Positions 31,681-44,543 of a stretch of DNA of 64,000 bases are shown here, piece after piece; the stretch's first letter is position 1; each line of letters starts with the position of its first letter. Source of the DNA: Paraspadella gotoi (lineage: Eukaryota > Animalia > Chaetognatha); contig CM119263.1 of NCBI GenBank assembly GCA_051294375.1, forward strand, positions 31,417,476 to 31,481,475, in the 5' to 3' direction. Made by a program: the position numbers and the translations under genes. Under the pieces are notes generated by a model that was not told where the DNA came from, made no database searches, and saw only the letters and a list, made by a program, of their open reading frames with translations.

Positions 31681-32656
31681 TCACTCGATCCTCGCCCTTT
31701 TCGCCCTCTCCTCCCCCCCCTCCTCCTCCCCCCACTTCCTCTTCCTCGCCAATCTCCATATTTCCTCCCTCTTCTCCCTCAATTTCTCAATCGCTACGAT
31801 CGCGTCCTCATACGCGTTCGTCGCTTTCATCAGCGCTTCCGTTTCTTTCTTCAACGCTTCCGTCATTCGCTCCAATGCTTCCATCCATTTATAACTGGCA
31901 AGGGTTTCGCGAGTGGCGGCTTCGACTACCCACGAACAGGCTTCCTCTTCTGCTAATTCCTTTTCTCCATCTCTTTCTTCTTCTTCTTCCTCTTCTTCTT
32001 TTTCCTGATATTCTTCCTCTTCCTCTCTCTCTCCAACCACTACAATCTTTACTCTCCTCAGTTCCCTCAACGTTTGCTTTCCAATCACGGCAGCTACCAA
32101 TTCTTGAAGGGCCGCTCGATGCTTCGCCCTTGATTCTTCCAATACTTTCGCCGCCAAATTCCTGACCTCAGAAGCGATTCCGACGTCCGCCTCCGCTTTT
32201 TCGGTCGCTTCTTTCGCTGCCTCCGCGATGCGCGTCGCCTCCCGCCAATCGGACAGGGCGGCCTTCGAGACTGATTCCGTTGCTGGCGAGTGGGAGAAAG
32301 GAGTTCAACCTGTTTAGCTAATCATCCATAAGACGATTGAAAAATATTAAAAAATAAAAACCACTCAAAGAATATTTAGTCTAAAGGTTTTAAAGTCTAA
32401 ATACAAAAAAATAAATGCGATCAAAAAAATGAACTTTTATAAATATTTATTTCATTTTATTTTCCTCTAATCCCCTTATAGTTAATTAATTTGACTCACC
32501 GTCGTTGTCTTCTAGGAGAAGAACAATTTCTGTGAAATTAACCGAGATCGTCTCGATGTTGTTGTTGTTGTTATCGTGTTGGTTGAAGTTTGGTGTTCCT
32601 TTTTTGAAGAAGGAAAGAAAGAATTTTACATTTTTACTTGTATTATCCTCACACAT
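31681..32656 (-). CDS. Uncharacterised acidic coiled-coil protein, paralog A (~240-250 aa)
   Basis: Main exon 32282-31681 (phase-1 CAG acceptor) and upstream exon 32598-32500 (donor GTGAGT). ATG at 32656, with an optional in-frame 39-nt intron. Shares motifs and exon phases with paralogs B and C. Confidence 0.7.
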
Positions 32657-33340
32657 TTTTCTTCTTTACTCCACCTCTCCTACTTTCTTTCAATTTTTTT
32701 TTTCCCTCTCTCTTTCCTCCCTCTCTCTTTCCTTTCCTCCCTTCCATTCACTTTCTCTTCCTATCACTGCTCCTCCCTCTTTTCTTTCCTTATTCCTATT
32801 AATTCTCCTTCCTTTCCTCCTTCACACTTTCTTTTTTCTCCTACTTCCCTATTTCTAACACTTAATTCCTCCGATATGACCTTCATCAATGATGAATCAT
32901 CATTCTTTTTACCTTTCTTTCCTTGTTGAACATCTTTGTGCATATTGTCTAAATTTTTTTTATTTTCTCCTTCTTTGTCCTCTTCTTTTAATTCACCAGT
33001 TTTTCTTATGATTTGGCCCATGATGTTATCATTCAAGTTTTTTTTGATATTCCGATACATTTAATATTGAGTATTGAAGATTTTTAAAGCTAAATTGTTC
33101 TACTTATCAGTCTTTTGTTCTAGAGTTTTTTCAGACCCAAATTATTAATGAACAAGAGGATCAAAATAAGTACTTTCATAAGGCTAGATAGCTTGCTTAC
33201 TATAACTTTTACAAATCGCAAAATATGATAATGGAATAACTCATATTTCATCAATTATGACTTTTCATTTCCAAAGTCCCATTTTTCTTTCAAATGAAAA
33301 GATGATTTTTTATTGTACTTAAAAGTGAATCAAGAATTAT

Positions 33341-33446
33341 AGAGTGATGGAGGCCTTAAACCACCAAAGCCTGTCCAAAGTCAGGGGCAAGATAGCTTAT
33401 TTATTAAATGTATGGATAATTTTTATATTGGTTGTACCAATTTCAT
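33341..33446 (+). repeat. Dispersed ~105-bp repeat, copy 2
   Basis: Near-identical to 16697-16802. Confidence 0.85.
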
Positions 33447-33497
33447 TCAAAAATAGATAGTTCAATATTTATTTCGCTTTGGCTTAGAAAAATCGTG

Positions 33498-34384
33498 TCA
33501 ATTTCCTCTATTTCTCCTCTTCCTCCACCCTCGCCCTCTAAACCCTCTATTCCTTCTCCTCTTCCTCCACCCTTGCCCTCTTAACCCTCTCTTCCTCCTC
33601 CTCCTCTTCCTCCACCCTCGCCCTCTTACCCTCTCTTCCTCCTCCTCTTTCTCCACCCTCGTTCTCTTAACCCTCTCTTCCTCCTCCTCTTTCTCCACCC
33701 TCGTCCTCTTAACCCTCTCTTCCTCCACAACCCTCCTCCTCTTCTCCATCATCTTGACCACATTTTTCTTTTTGTTCAACATTCCCATCAGCTTCTCTAT
33801 GGCCTCATAAGCTCTGCCCTCTTTAATCAGCGCCGCCACCTGTACTTTGTTTGCCTCTGCCCATTTCTGATAAGCAGACTCTGTGACCCACAAATTCACT
33901 TCTTCCTCCACCAAATTCTTTTCGCCCTCTTCCTCCTCATTGTCATCTTCCTCCTCGTTTTCCTCTTCCTCCTCATTGTCCTCGTTTTCCTCTTCCTCCT
34001 CATTGTCCTCTTCCTCCTCGTTTTCCTCTTCCTCCTCGTTGTCCTCTTCCTCCTCATTGTCCTCATCCTCCTCATTGTCCTCTTCCTCCTTTTTGTCCTC
34101 TTCCTCCTCTTTGTTCTCTTCCTCCCCTTTATCATCATTGTCCTCTTCCTTCACCATCACCCTCGTTGTCCACAACTCTGACAACACCGTCATTGCCAAC
34201 ACTGCAGCCGCGTATTCCCTGAAGACGACGTTGGCCATCTTCCACGCTTCTTCCATATCTTTTTCTGCCGAAAGAGAGCGCTTAGGTGCGACCTCCGTTT
34301 CCGCTTTTGTTTCCACAGCCGCCTTCAAGCTCTCTTCCACGAGCTGCTTGGTCTCTCGCCATTCCTCCACTGCAGCATTTGTCT
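33498..34384 (-). CDS. Uncharacterised acidic coiled-coil protein, paralog B (terminal exon only)
   Basis: Phase-1 acceptor (TTACAG) upstream of TNAAVEEWRETKQL; long E/D/N loop; EKNLVEEEVNLWVTE; repeated RVKRTRVEK tail with an apparent 1-nt frameshift near the end. Upstream exons not found because repeats occupy that position. Confidence 0.65.
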
Positions 34385-34514
34385 CTGTAAGCGATGAGTG
34401 TAAGAGAATGGTTTAAAATACATGAAGTTACGAAGGAGAGAGAATTAATTGTAATGGTAAAACTAATAGAGGTAAAAAATAGCAATGACTAAAGAGACAG
34501 AGACTTATCAGACT

Positions 34515-35364
34515 TAAAAGCAAATCTCGACTCTATAATCCGGTCGGTCCGTCGTTCCTCCCCCTTAATCTTGTCGGGCAATAACTTGTCAGAAAATCAA
34601 ATTATGATAAATTGTGCAAAAAAAAATGATGTCTGTCCGTCCGTCCAACTTTAGCACAAAGAAATCCAATTACTCGTGATTGGATTGATAGATTGAAATG
34701 AAATTTTGTGTGTGCGTAGGGAAGTGTGTGATTGAGCTTGATATAAAGTTTCAATGGAAACGTGCGAGTGGAAATGAGTTAAAATGAAAAAAACATAAGT
34801 CACATTTACTTAAATCTTTTTCCTGATTTGAACCCAAAATTACTCTAATTAATCATAATTGGACGGATGGATTAAGATGAAATTTTGTGTGTGGGTAGAA
34901 AAGTGTGTGATGAAGCTGGATCTAAAGTTTCGATGGAATCGTGCGAGTGGAAATGAGTTTTCATGGAAAAAACCAAAGTCAAGTTAACTTGAATTTTTGT
35001 TATTTATACTTCCTCATAATTTTTTAATTAATTAAATAATTTTTAAAGTGAAAAAAGATGCAATTTGAAAAAAATGGTGCAAGTTGCAAAAATTATGGAA
35101 GTTGAAATAATGATGCGAATTTAAAAAATGATGCGAGTTAAAAAAATGATGCAAGTTGAAAAAATGATGCAAATTAAAAAATGAAGTTAAAAATGAAGTT
35201 AAAAAATAATAATACTTAAAAAATTATATGATTGTATTACTGGTTTGGTATGGTACGACCTTTTATGATCACAAATTCAAAGAAGTATCGTCATTTATCA
35301 TCTGATTAGCTGATAACCGCTTAATTATCGTAGGCAGATCCGACATTGTTTGCTCAAACTTGTT
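34515..35364 (+). mobile_element. Helentron/DINE-1-like non-autonomous repeat, copy 1
   Basis: GTCY microsatellite near the start, ~180-bp internal tandem units (CGTGCGAGTGGAAATGAG at 34761 and 34940), short degenerate repeats, and a terminus GGCAGATCCGACATTGTTTGCTCAAACTTGTT shared with the copy ending at 56750. The repeat is certain; the class is inferred. Confidence 0.55.
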
Positions 35365-37234
35365 ACTAATTTTAAGAGCGTAATTTCCTTCGAACCTTTG
35401 TTGTTTTCCTTTGTTATGCGTTTGACGAGTTTCGCACAAATTTTGTCAACTTTGTGGATATATTTCTTGAGCAACTTGATGATTTCAACTAATTGTAAAG
35501 AAATTTTTCTATTGAAAACGTGCGTTTTGTAATTGATAGAGCATTTTGTAAAGTTTCAGTGGATTTAAATTATATTACCCTTTTAAATGTTTAATTTAAG
35601 TGGTCATTTTGTCCACTTAAAATTAAAAAAATTGTTGAGTAATAAAGAATAATTGGATGAATTCAAAATACTTTATTGAAATCCTATATATTTTGTTATA
35701 AAATTGGTGTAAATATTCACTCAATAAATAATATATGTCAAATAAAATGTTTTGCCCTTAATTCTAGACCGGCTAAGTTAAGTTTTAAACTTACAATATT
35801 GTAAGTAAATAACATAGCTAGACCCTGCAGACACAATCAATATTTTTTCGCCGTCCGGTTTATACTTCAAATGGATGTACGCTTTAACATAGCAAGTAAA
35901 AAGGCCGTACATATTCATTGGGCTTTATTTTTCCCCATTTTACCCATTCATCCTGCGGAGTTCACATTATCAATTTGTGTTCTCTCATATTTCATTACTT
36001 GGTCTCTCCTTTTCCTCTTCTTCATTTTCCCTCTTTTTGAATTTTATTTCATATTGAATATGACATTATGTATATACTCTCTTTTCGTTGTTTTTTGAGG
36101 TNNNNNNNNNNNNNNNNNNNNNNNNNAAATAAAAATAAATATATTATCTATCGGAAAACAAACAAAATATTTTTAAAACAGACTATAATTTTAATATAAT
36201 ATATTAGGCAAAAAACTCGCTAAAAAAATACAACATTTTTCAATTGAAGTAATCCTCTCTTTTTCGTTGTTACTATTAATTAGAGAATTGACAAAGTTTT
36301 TGTTTGCAAATAAAATTCGTTGCAAACAAAAACTTTGTCAATTCTCTAACATTTTTCTAATAGAGATTTCTGTTAGAAACTGACTGCCCAACTTCACAAA
36401 CGACATTGGGAGAAATTCCGGTAGAAAACATTTGTAAAAACGCACGATTCCGATAGCGTTGCATCTCAAGAGCTCGACTTTTTGTTCTTGTAGCATTTGA
36501 TAAAGAATTTACTATCAAACAAGCCAGGAGAAATGGATTACTCATCTCATATAATTAAAGAGAAAAGAGAGAGAGAAGGAGACATTATGGCAACAGCCGG
36601 GTTGCCTGTGATGCCCATTGGGATGGGGCATCTCACTGTTGGCTTTGGGGGCTTCCGACCCTCAGTGACGCCTCCAGTCAGTGGCGCGGTTACCCTAGGA
36701 CGGTCTCGCTTTGCCAACGCAGAGGGAAGTCGTTAGGACTGTGGATGGAACACTACGCCTGGATGGTGTGTTCCCCCTCTGAGCCAATGGATTTGGCTGA
36801 AGGATGGTGGACGTGAGGCGGTGTGAATATACCGTCACAACATATAAATAAAATAGAGGATATTTGTTTGTTTTGATAAAAACGTAACAAAACATGTTTA
36901 ATAACTGGTCTGACCCAATTTTAAGGACATCGATGATAAGAAGCTGTATATAAATTTTCAGCTTCATACACCCATACACACAACGACAACGACGAGCCAC
37001 TTAAGTGCAAAACCACAGCAAAATCGTCGCAATCGCTTTGCGTTTGCGACGATAAAAAGTATGAAAGTAATCCAAACTTGAATTTAATATTAAAAATCTC
37101 TCATACTAATTAACCAATTTATTTTGTTTCTTCAAAAAATTTTGAGTTTCACAATTATGCAATTTAAGGTGACTACAACAGAATATCATATTCAATATTA
37201 GGACAAAAACAGTTTTATTTGACAACGATTTAAT

Positions 37235-37305
37235 TGACACAATTTAGTCAGACATGTTTCGGCTCTTTCTCTTAGAGCCTTCATTAGTGCTTTTGACAAT
37301 CAATA
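37235..37305 (-). ncRNA. Degenerate minimal hammerhead ribozyme motif (core CUAAUGA variant)
   Basis: Minus strand reads GCA-CTAATGA-A-GGCTCT-AAGAGAA-AGAGCC-GAAAC-ATGTC-TGACT; G5 of the core is replaced by A. Confidence 0.6.
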
Positions 37306-38252
37306 TTTAGTCTGTTGAAGTAAGTTTTGAGAGAGAGAGAGAGAGAGAGAGAAAAATTGAGGGGAGAGTTTCCAACAAAGAATAAGGTAAGGGACAGTGG
37401 TCAGATGTGAGGACAGCTGAAGGTAAGGAGAGGGAAGAAGTAAGTCTTTGAAAAATGAAAAAGAGTGAGAGAGAGAGAGAGCAAAGCAAAAATTTAAACA
37501 ATACATTTAGCAATGTACAACAGAGATAAAGTGCATTAAATAATCTAAATATAAACTGAAATTAAATGTTAACAACAGAATAAATAAGTTAGTAGAATAA
37601 GTGAAATTTGAAATAGAAAATAAGTGGTGAGGGATAGATAAGTAAAGAAAAGTGAAAGTAAGTAAAAGAAAGAGCTCAAAAATGAGCTAGCCCCCCCGGC
37701 CGGGCAAATGGAGGACGTTGACGATAAGGTCGGGTCATTGGCCTGTCATAGGTTGCGAGGGTATATATGTAGAGTTTGTCATGCTGGGATCCGGAAGAGA
37801 TCCGCCTGGGAAAATGCCAAGTGCTACTCGTATATCCCTTTGGCCTGATAAGCCTGCCGACAGCCCTCCTCTCACCTGACGGTGAGGCAGGCAGTTGCCT
37901 GTTCTGGCCTGTTTTGCTACAGGAGATACAGACTCCTCTCCCTCCTCCTGTAGCCGTCGTTTTGGGCGACGCTCAGCGCGAGGAGAGTCGCGCCAAGTTG
38001 CTACAGGCTCAGGAAAGGTATCGGACGTCCATTGCCTGCTGAGAGGCTCATTTTTGAGCTCTTTCTTTTACTTACTTTCACTTTCTTTACTTATCTATCC
38101 CTCACCACTTATTTTCTATTTCAAATTTCACTTTATTCTACTAACTTATTTATTTCTGTTGTTAACATTTAATTTCAGTTTATATTTAGATTATTTAATG
38201 CACTTTATCTCTGTTGTACATTGCTAAATGTATTGTTTAAATTTTTGCTTTG

Positions 38253-38285
<33 letters not shown>

Positions 38286-38444
38286 ACTCTTTTTCATTTT
38301 TCAAAGACTTACTTCTTCCCTCTCCTTACCTTCAGCTGTCCTCACATCTGACCACTGTCCCTTACCTTATTCTTTGTTGGAAACTCTCCCTCAATTTTTT
38401 CTCTATCTCTCTCTCTCTCAAAACTTACTTCAACAGAGACTAAA

Positions 38445-38515
38445 TATTGATTGTCAAAAGCACTGATGAAGGCTCTAAGAGAAAGAGCCGAAACATGTCT
38501 AAATTGTGTCAATTA
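38445..38515 (+). ncRNA. Minimal type I hammerhead ribozyme motif (Penelope-type)
   Basis: CTGATGA (38463-38469), stem II GGCTCT/AGAGCC, GAAAC (38490-38494), palindromic ACATGT helix III, predicted GUC cleavage triplet ending at 38499. Stem I is weak. Confidence 0.75.
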
Positions 38516-39872
38516 AATCGTTGTCAAATAAAACTGTTTTTGTCCTAATTGTACGCTTTAACATAGCAAGTAAAAAGGCCGTACATATTTATTGGGCTTT
38601 ATTTTTCCCATTTTACCCATTCATCCTGCGGAGTTCACATTATGAATTTGTGTTCTCTCATATTTTATTACTTGGTCTCTCCTTTTCCTCTTCTTCATTT
38701 TCCCTCTTGGATTTTATTTCATATTGAATATGATATTCTGTTGTAGTCACCTTAAATTGCATAATTGTGAAACTCAAAATTTTTTGAAGAAACAAAATAA
38801 ATTGGTTAATTAGTATGAGAGATTTTTAATATTAAATTCAAGTTTGGATTACTTTCATACTTTTTATCGTCGCAAACGCAAAGCGATTGCGACGATTTTG
38901 CTGTGGTTTTGCACTTAAGTGGCGTCGTCGTTGTCGTTTGTGTGTATGGGTGTATGAAGCTGAAAATTTATATACAGCTTCTTATCATCGATGTCCTTAA
39001 AATTGGGTCAGACCAGTTATTAAACATGTTTTGTTTACGTTTTATCAAAACAAACAAATATCCTCTATTTTATTTATATGTTGTGACGGTATATTCACAC
39101 CGCCTCACGTCCACCATCCTTCAGCCAAATCCATTGGCTCAGAGGGGGAACACACCATCCCAGGCGTAGTGTTCCATCCACAGTCCTAACGACTTCCCTC
39201 TGCGTTGGCAAAGCGAGACCGTCCTAGGGTAACCGCGCCACTGACTGGAGGCGTCACTGAGGGTCGGAAGCCCCCAAAGCCAACAGTGAGATGCCCCATC
39301 CCAATGGGCATCACAGGCAACCCGGCTGTTGCCATAATGTCTCCTTCTCTCTCTCTTTTCTCTTTTAATTATATGAGATGAGTAATCCATTTCTCCTGGC
39401 TTGTTTGATAGTAAATTCTTTATCAAATGCTACAAGAACAAAAAGTCGAGCTCTTGAGATGCAACGCTATCGGAATCGTGCGTTTTTACAAATGTTTTCT
39501 ACCGGAATTTCTCCCAATGTCGTTTGTGAAGTTGGGCAGTCAGTTTCTAACAGAAATCTCTATTAGAAAAATGTTAGAGAATTGACAAAGTTTTTGTTTG
39601 CAACGAATTTTATTTGCAAACAAAAACTTTGTCAATTCTCTAATTAATAGTAACAACGAAAAAGAGAGGATTACTTCAATTGAAAAATGTTGTATTTTTT
39701 TAGCGAGTTTTTTGCCTAATATATTATATTAAAATTATAGTCTGTTTTAAAAATATTTTGTTTGTTTTCCGATAGATAATATATTTATTTTTATTTCTTC
39801 ACATTTGTTAAAAGATCTTTCCCTTTATTTTTATAATTATTTCCAAANNNNNNNNNNNNNNNNNNNNNNNNN

Positions 39873-40295
39873 TTGAGAATAAAGAGGACAAGAAAAAGGA
39901 GAATAAAGAGGACAAGGAAAAGGAGAATAAAGAGGACAAGAAAAAGGAGAATAAAGAGGACAAGGAAAAGAGAATAAAGAGGCCAAAAAAAAGGAGAATA
40001 AAGAGGACAAAGAAATTGAGAATAAAGAGGACAAGATAAAGAAGAATAAAGAGGACAAGAAAAAGGAGAATAAAGAGGACAAGAAAAATGAGAATAAAGA
40101 GGACAAGGAAAAGGACAATAAAGAGGACAAGGAAAAGGAGAATAAAGAGGACAAGAAAAAGGAGAATAAAGAGGACAAGAAAATTGAGAATAAAGAGGAC
40201 AAGAAAAAGGAGAATAAAGAGGACAAGAAAAAGAGGATGAATAAAGAGAAAAATGAGAATAAAGAGGACAAGGAATAGGAGAATAAAGAGGAAAA
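39873..40295. repeat. 24-bp minisatellite (GAGAATAAAGAGGACAAGAAAAAG)n; mirror at ~47390-47875, further units at ~48500-48630
   Basis: Seen directly; explains the spurious CPLYSPFS / LFILLFLV ORFs. Confidence 0.9.
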
Positions 40296-40487
40296 GAAAA
40301 GGGGGAAAAGTGGACAAAGAGGAAATAAAAGAGGAATGATGATGAGGAGGAGCAGGAGGAGGAGGAGCTGTCCTCAAAAGTCAGAGAAAGCGATATTGTA
40401 GAAGAAAAAGGTGAGAGAGGATTAGGGAGAGAGAGAATGTAGTGAGCATCTCCTAAATTCAACTATCAATTAATCATAGTTCCATAC

Positions 40488-40560
40488 GGGGTGACCGATG
40501 GTTAAGTGGGTAAAGTTTTCAACTCTTGATCACTAGGTTTAATCCCAACCCGATGCCTGC
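40488..40560 (+). mobile_element. Possible tRNA-derived SINE head (mirror at ~47122-47197 on the minus strand)
   Basis: A-box-like TGGTTAAGTGG and B-box-like GGTTTAATCCC at tRNA-like spacing; no complete cloverleaf. Confidence 0.35.
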
Positions 40561-41584
40561 CTCACGGGAAATGAAAGGACGGCCATAAGCCGCCTTTGGG
40601 ACCTGGAAAACCCTCGAGCCTGGTTCAAAGCCCACGGCCCGTTCCATGTCTTTTCATCCCACTTTATGTCTTATCGACAAGATACGATAGAGAGTGCAGA
40701 GGGAGAAATGAGAGAGAGAGAGACATTTTTGATGAAGTTGGATATGAAGGAGGAAAGCGATTACGTCGATTAAGCTGACATTGAGAATCATTACAACCAC
40801 AACATCATGGAAGGACGGGAGAAAAGAGTCTCTAGAGTCTAGTGTCGGACGACTCGATCGAGCGTCGCTTTAGCAACGAAAAAATGGAAATAAGAAATGC
40901 GTTGAGATGGAGAAATCGTTAGTCCGGATGGAGAAATTGGGAGACGTGATGGAAAAGCTAATTGATGGTTGAAGCTGGCAGAGATGAAGAAAAGAAAGCA
41001 CAATTGTTGATGGAGAAAAGATGTGGGAAAAATGACGGTGAAGAGCAGGGTTGAAAGTCGGATGACTTGATATCTTTGTCTTCAAATTTTTTAATCGATT
41101 TTAAATCAAATTTAATTAAATACTGGGTCCTTAATTTTGAAGCATTTTATTGAATTTCATTACAAAAAAAAAAACATAGATCTTTTCTTAATACCAATAC
41201 ATTTAACTAATTAAGTTGAAATCGTTTGCGGTATACAGATTTTAATTTAAGAAAATTTTTTTTATGATTCTTACTCTTAAATCGGTTATTGCATAACATG
41301 AAATAAGAGAAGTACAGTTAAAAAGTAAAATTTTCCGATAAAAATGTTCGATAGTCGATAACTTTAAGGATATAAAAAAAATTCAGAAAAACTAATAAAG
41401 TTATGAAGTTTGAGGTCGCAAGTAAAATGAAGAAGAATTCGAACAAAAATGAAATGAAAGAAAATGATGTGAAAAATGATCAAAAAGGTGATAGAGATTT
41501 CAATGACTTCCTAACAAGAATGATGTATGATATCTAATTGGAAACATGGGACAAAAAGTTTATTTACTTGTGTTTTATAGATAT

Positions 41585-41959
41585 ATGATCCCTCTATATC
41601 CAGAAGACAACGGTAACTTCCCTCACCCTCTAAAAGATTCACAAATATGATAAAAGTAAATAATATAATATAATATAACTATTACAATCTTCAAAATATA
41701 TTGTACGAAGTTAAACAAGTTTTTTCATTAACACAAATTATTACTTTTGTAGATTCTAACTATATTTTTCTGGTATTTAAAAAAAGAGATATAAGAGATT
41801 AGTTGGGGGAAAAATAAAACAATTATTTATTAAAGATTTATTTTTAGAAAAAAGTAACAAGGAGAACAACACAACAACAACAACAAGAAAAGGCCTTGAC
41901 TGAAGATCGTGAGAGAAGTTTTGCGGATCGAGTCCGATGTCTCGAGGAAAGAGAATGAC

Positions 41960-42023
<64 letters not shown>

Positions 42024-43167
42024 GAGAGAGAGAGAGAGAGAGATGTTATAAGTTAATCTTTTTTGAAATTAAAGACGAAGTCTTGATACATCAACGATTT
42101 CAAATATCTCAAAACACAACGAAAGAAAGTTTAATCACAATGTTAATCTTTTTATAATTCATACAACTAATGTGAAAACATTAGAAATGAAAACAACTGA
42201 ATTTAAACAATAGAAAGGTCATGGTAAGTTTAGCCTTTGAGTTCGCTTCACGAAAAATGGAATATAAAACCCAGAAAAGGTTCAATCAAGATTCTCAAAT
42301 TACAGAGTACTCGGCCTTTAAATCACCAGAGCAGTGTAATACTTTCTATGGATAAATATATGACATGCCTAATAGGTTTTGATTAAATCTGAATGATGTA
42401 CAAATAAATGCGATTAATATCATTTTCTTTTCTTTTCTTTTCGTTCCTGTCTTTCTTTATTCTCTCAACTTGGACTTTCAGCGTCCAAAGTCGCCGTGGC
42501 GGATTGGCGAAGGGCGGAGCATCTCGCGGAGGCGGCGGCGAAGGCGGTCGAAGACGCGGAAGCCGACGTCGCCGCCGCCAAAGACGCCAATCGATTCCGC
42601 GGAGAAAGAATTCGAAGAGGCGAAGGGGCGTGTCGCGATGCAGCCGCGGAAGTGGAAGCTGCCGCTGCTGGGCCAGGTCGTGCTGCTTAAGCTGAGGGAC
42701 GCGAAGATGGCGGTAGTTCGGGGAGGAGGATAAAGAGGAGGAGGAGGAGGGAGAAGAGGAGGACGAAGAAGAGGAGGAGAAGAGGAGGAGGAGAATGAGA
42801 ATCAAAACAATTGCGATGAGGAAGAGGATGAAGAGGAAGAAGAGAGGAAGAAGAAGAGGAGGAGGAAGATGAGGAAGAAGGTCAGAAGGAGAAAGAGCTT
42901 TGGTCGAGGAAGAAGCGAACTCGTGATGTTGGAATCTCTGGTTCGACTTATCGCAGCCAAAGACAAAAAACGAGACACGGAGGAAAAATACGGGGAGGCA
43001 ATGAAAATGACCATGCAACGATGAACCATCTGCTTGAAGCGTTGAGAACAAAATCGGAAGCGTTGAATGAGTTGATTGAGAAGAGGGATGTTATAAAGGG
43101 GATGGGAGGGATGGAGGAGGAGGAGGAGGAGGAGGGGAGGGGGAAGAAGGCGAGGGTGGAGAAGTAG
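41585..43167 (+). pseudogene. Frameshifted mirror copy of acidic coiled-coil paralog C (pseudogene or uncorrected sequencing errors)
   Basis: Exons ~41585-41612, 41848-41963, 42482-43167 mirror the minus-strand copy but carry multiple 1-nt indels. Confidence 0.6.
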
Positions 43168-43329
43168 GAAGAGGAGGAGAACTGTGGGAAGAATTAGGAG
43201 GAGGAAGAGGAAGGAGGAAGAGGAGAAGAACTGGGGAGGAAGTAGGAGGAGAAGAGGGTGGAGGGGAGGAGTATGAAGAGGAGAAGAACGGGGGAAGAAG
43301 TAGGAGAAGGAAGAGAAGGAAGGAGGCGA

Positions 43330-43690
43330 AAATGGAACTAGGACAGAGACAAAGAGATTAGTGAGAGAAAATGGAAGGGACAAGGACAGAGACAGAGGCA
43401 AAGAGATTAGTGAGAGAAAATGGAAGGGACTAGGACAGAGACAGAGGCAAAGAGATTAGTGAAAGAAAATGGAAGGGACTAGGACAGAGACAAAAGAGAT
43501 TAGTGAGAGAAATGGAAGGACTAGGTCAGAGACAGAGGCAAGAGATTAGTGAGATAAAATGGAAGGGACTAGGACAGAGACAAAGAGATTAGTGAGAGAA
43601 AATGGAAGGGACGAGGACAGAGACAGAGGCAAAGAGATTAGTGAGAGAAAATGGAAGGGACTAGGTCAGAGACAGAGAGATTAGTGAGAG
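43330..43690. repeat. Degenerate ~43-49-bp tandem repeat (GAGATTAGTGAGAGAAAATGGAAGGGACTAGGACAGAGACA...); mirror at ~44015-44380
   Basis: Seen directly, downstream of the paralog C stop codon. Confidence 0.85.
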
Positions 43691-44543
43691 TCGGGATTTT
43701 ATAAACGAGTAGAATGAACATTTCAAATATTTGAATAACCCTTGAGGACAATTGCGAAAATGAATATGCCGAATTCTTCAAGAAAAAATCGATTTACTAA
43801 TTATTAATTATTTATTAATTGATCATTAATCAATATACATTGTTTTTCAGCCTCCTTGGGAAAAAAATTAAAACCCGTTTTTGTAGTTATTTTTATCGAG
43901 CATGAATACATTTTTACATACGGCCTTATTTTGCATCCATATTCATTTTCGCAATTGTCCTCAAGGGTTATTCAAATATTTGAAATGTTCATTCTACTCG
44001 TTTATAAAATCCCGACTCTCACTAATCTCTCTGTCTCTGACCTAGTCCCTTCCATTTTCTCTCACTAATCTCTTTGCCTCTGTCTCTGTCCCTCGTCCCT
44101 TCCATTTTCTCTCACTAATCTCTTTGTCTCTGTCCTAGTCCCTTCCATTTTATCTCACTAATCTCTTTGCCTCTGTCTCTGACCTAGTCCTTCCATTTTC
44201 TCTCACTAATCTCTTTGTCTCTGTCCTAGTCCCTTCCATTTTCTTTCACTAATCTCTTTGCCTCTGTCTCTGTCCTAGTCCCTTCCATTTTCTCTCACTA
44301 ATCTCTTTGCCTCTGTCTCTGTCCTTGTCCCTTCCATTTTCTCTCACTAATCTCTTTGTCTCTGTCCTAGTTCCATTTTCGCCTCCTTCCTTCTCTTCCT
44401 TCTCCTACTTCTTCCCCCGTTCTTCTCCTCTTCATACTCCTCCCCTCCACCCTCTTCCTCCTCCTACTTCCTCCCCCAGTTCTTCTCCTCTTCCTCCTTC
44501 CCTCTTCCTCCTCCTAATTCTTCCCACAGTTCTCCTCCTCTTC

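Larger units (their letters stand above)
36127..39796. repeat. 3.7-kb palindrome (arms 36127-37688 and 38046-39796) with Penelope pLTR-like inner arms
   Basis: Reverse-complement identity of the arms (same ORFs on opposite strands in the ORF track). The right arm has an extra ~170 bp (38550-38720) that also occurs at ~35875-36060. Confidence 0.92.

Noticed and set aside
36560-36845. GC-rich block in the palindrome arms as a solo LTR or small ORF
   Set aside because: TG...CA termini and a TSD are not demonstrable, and the ORF frames differ between the two arms.
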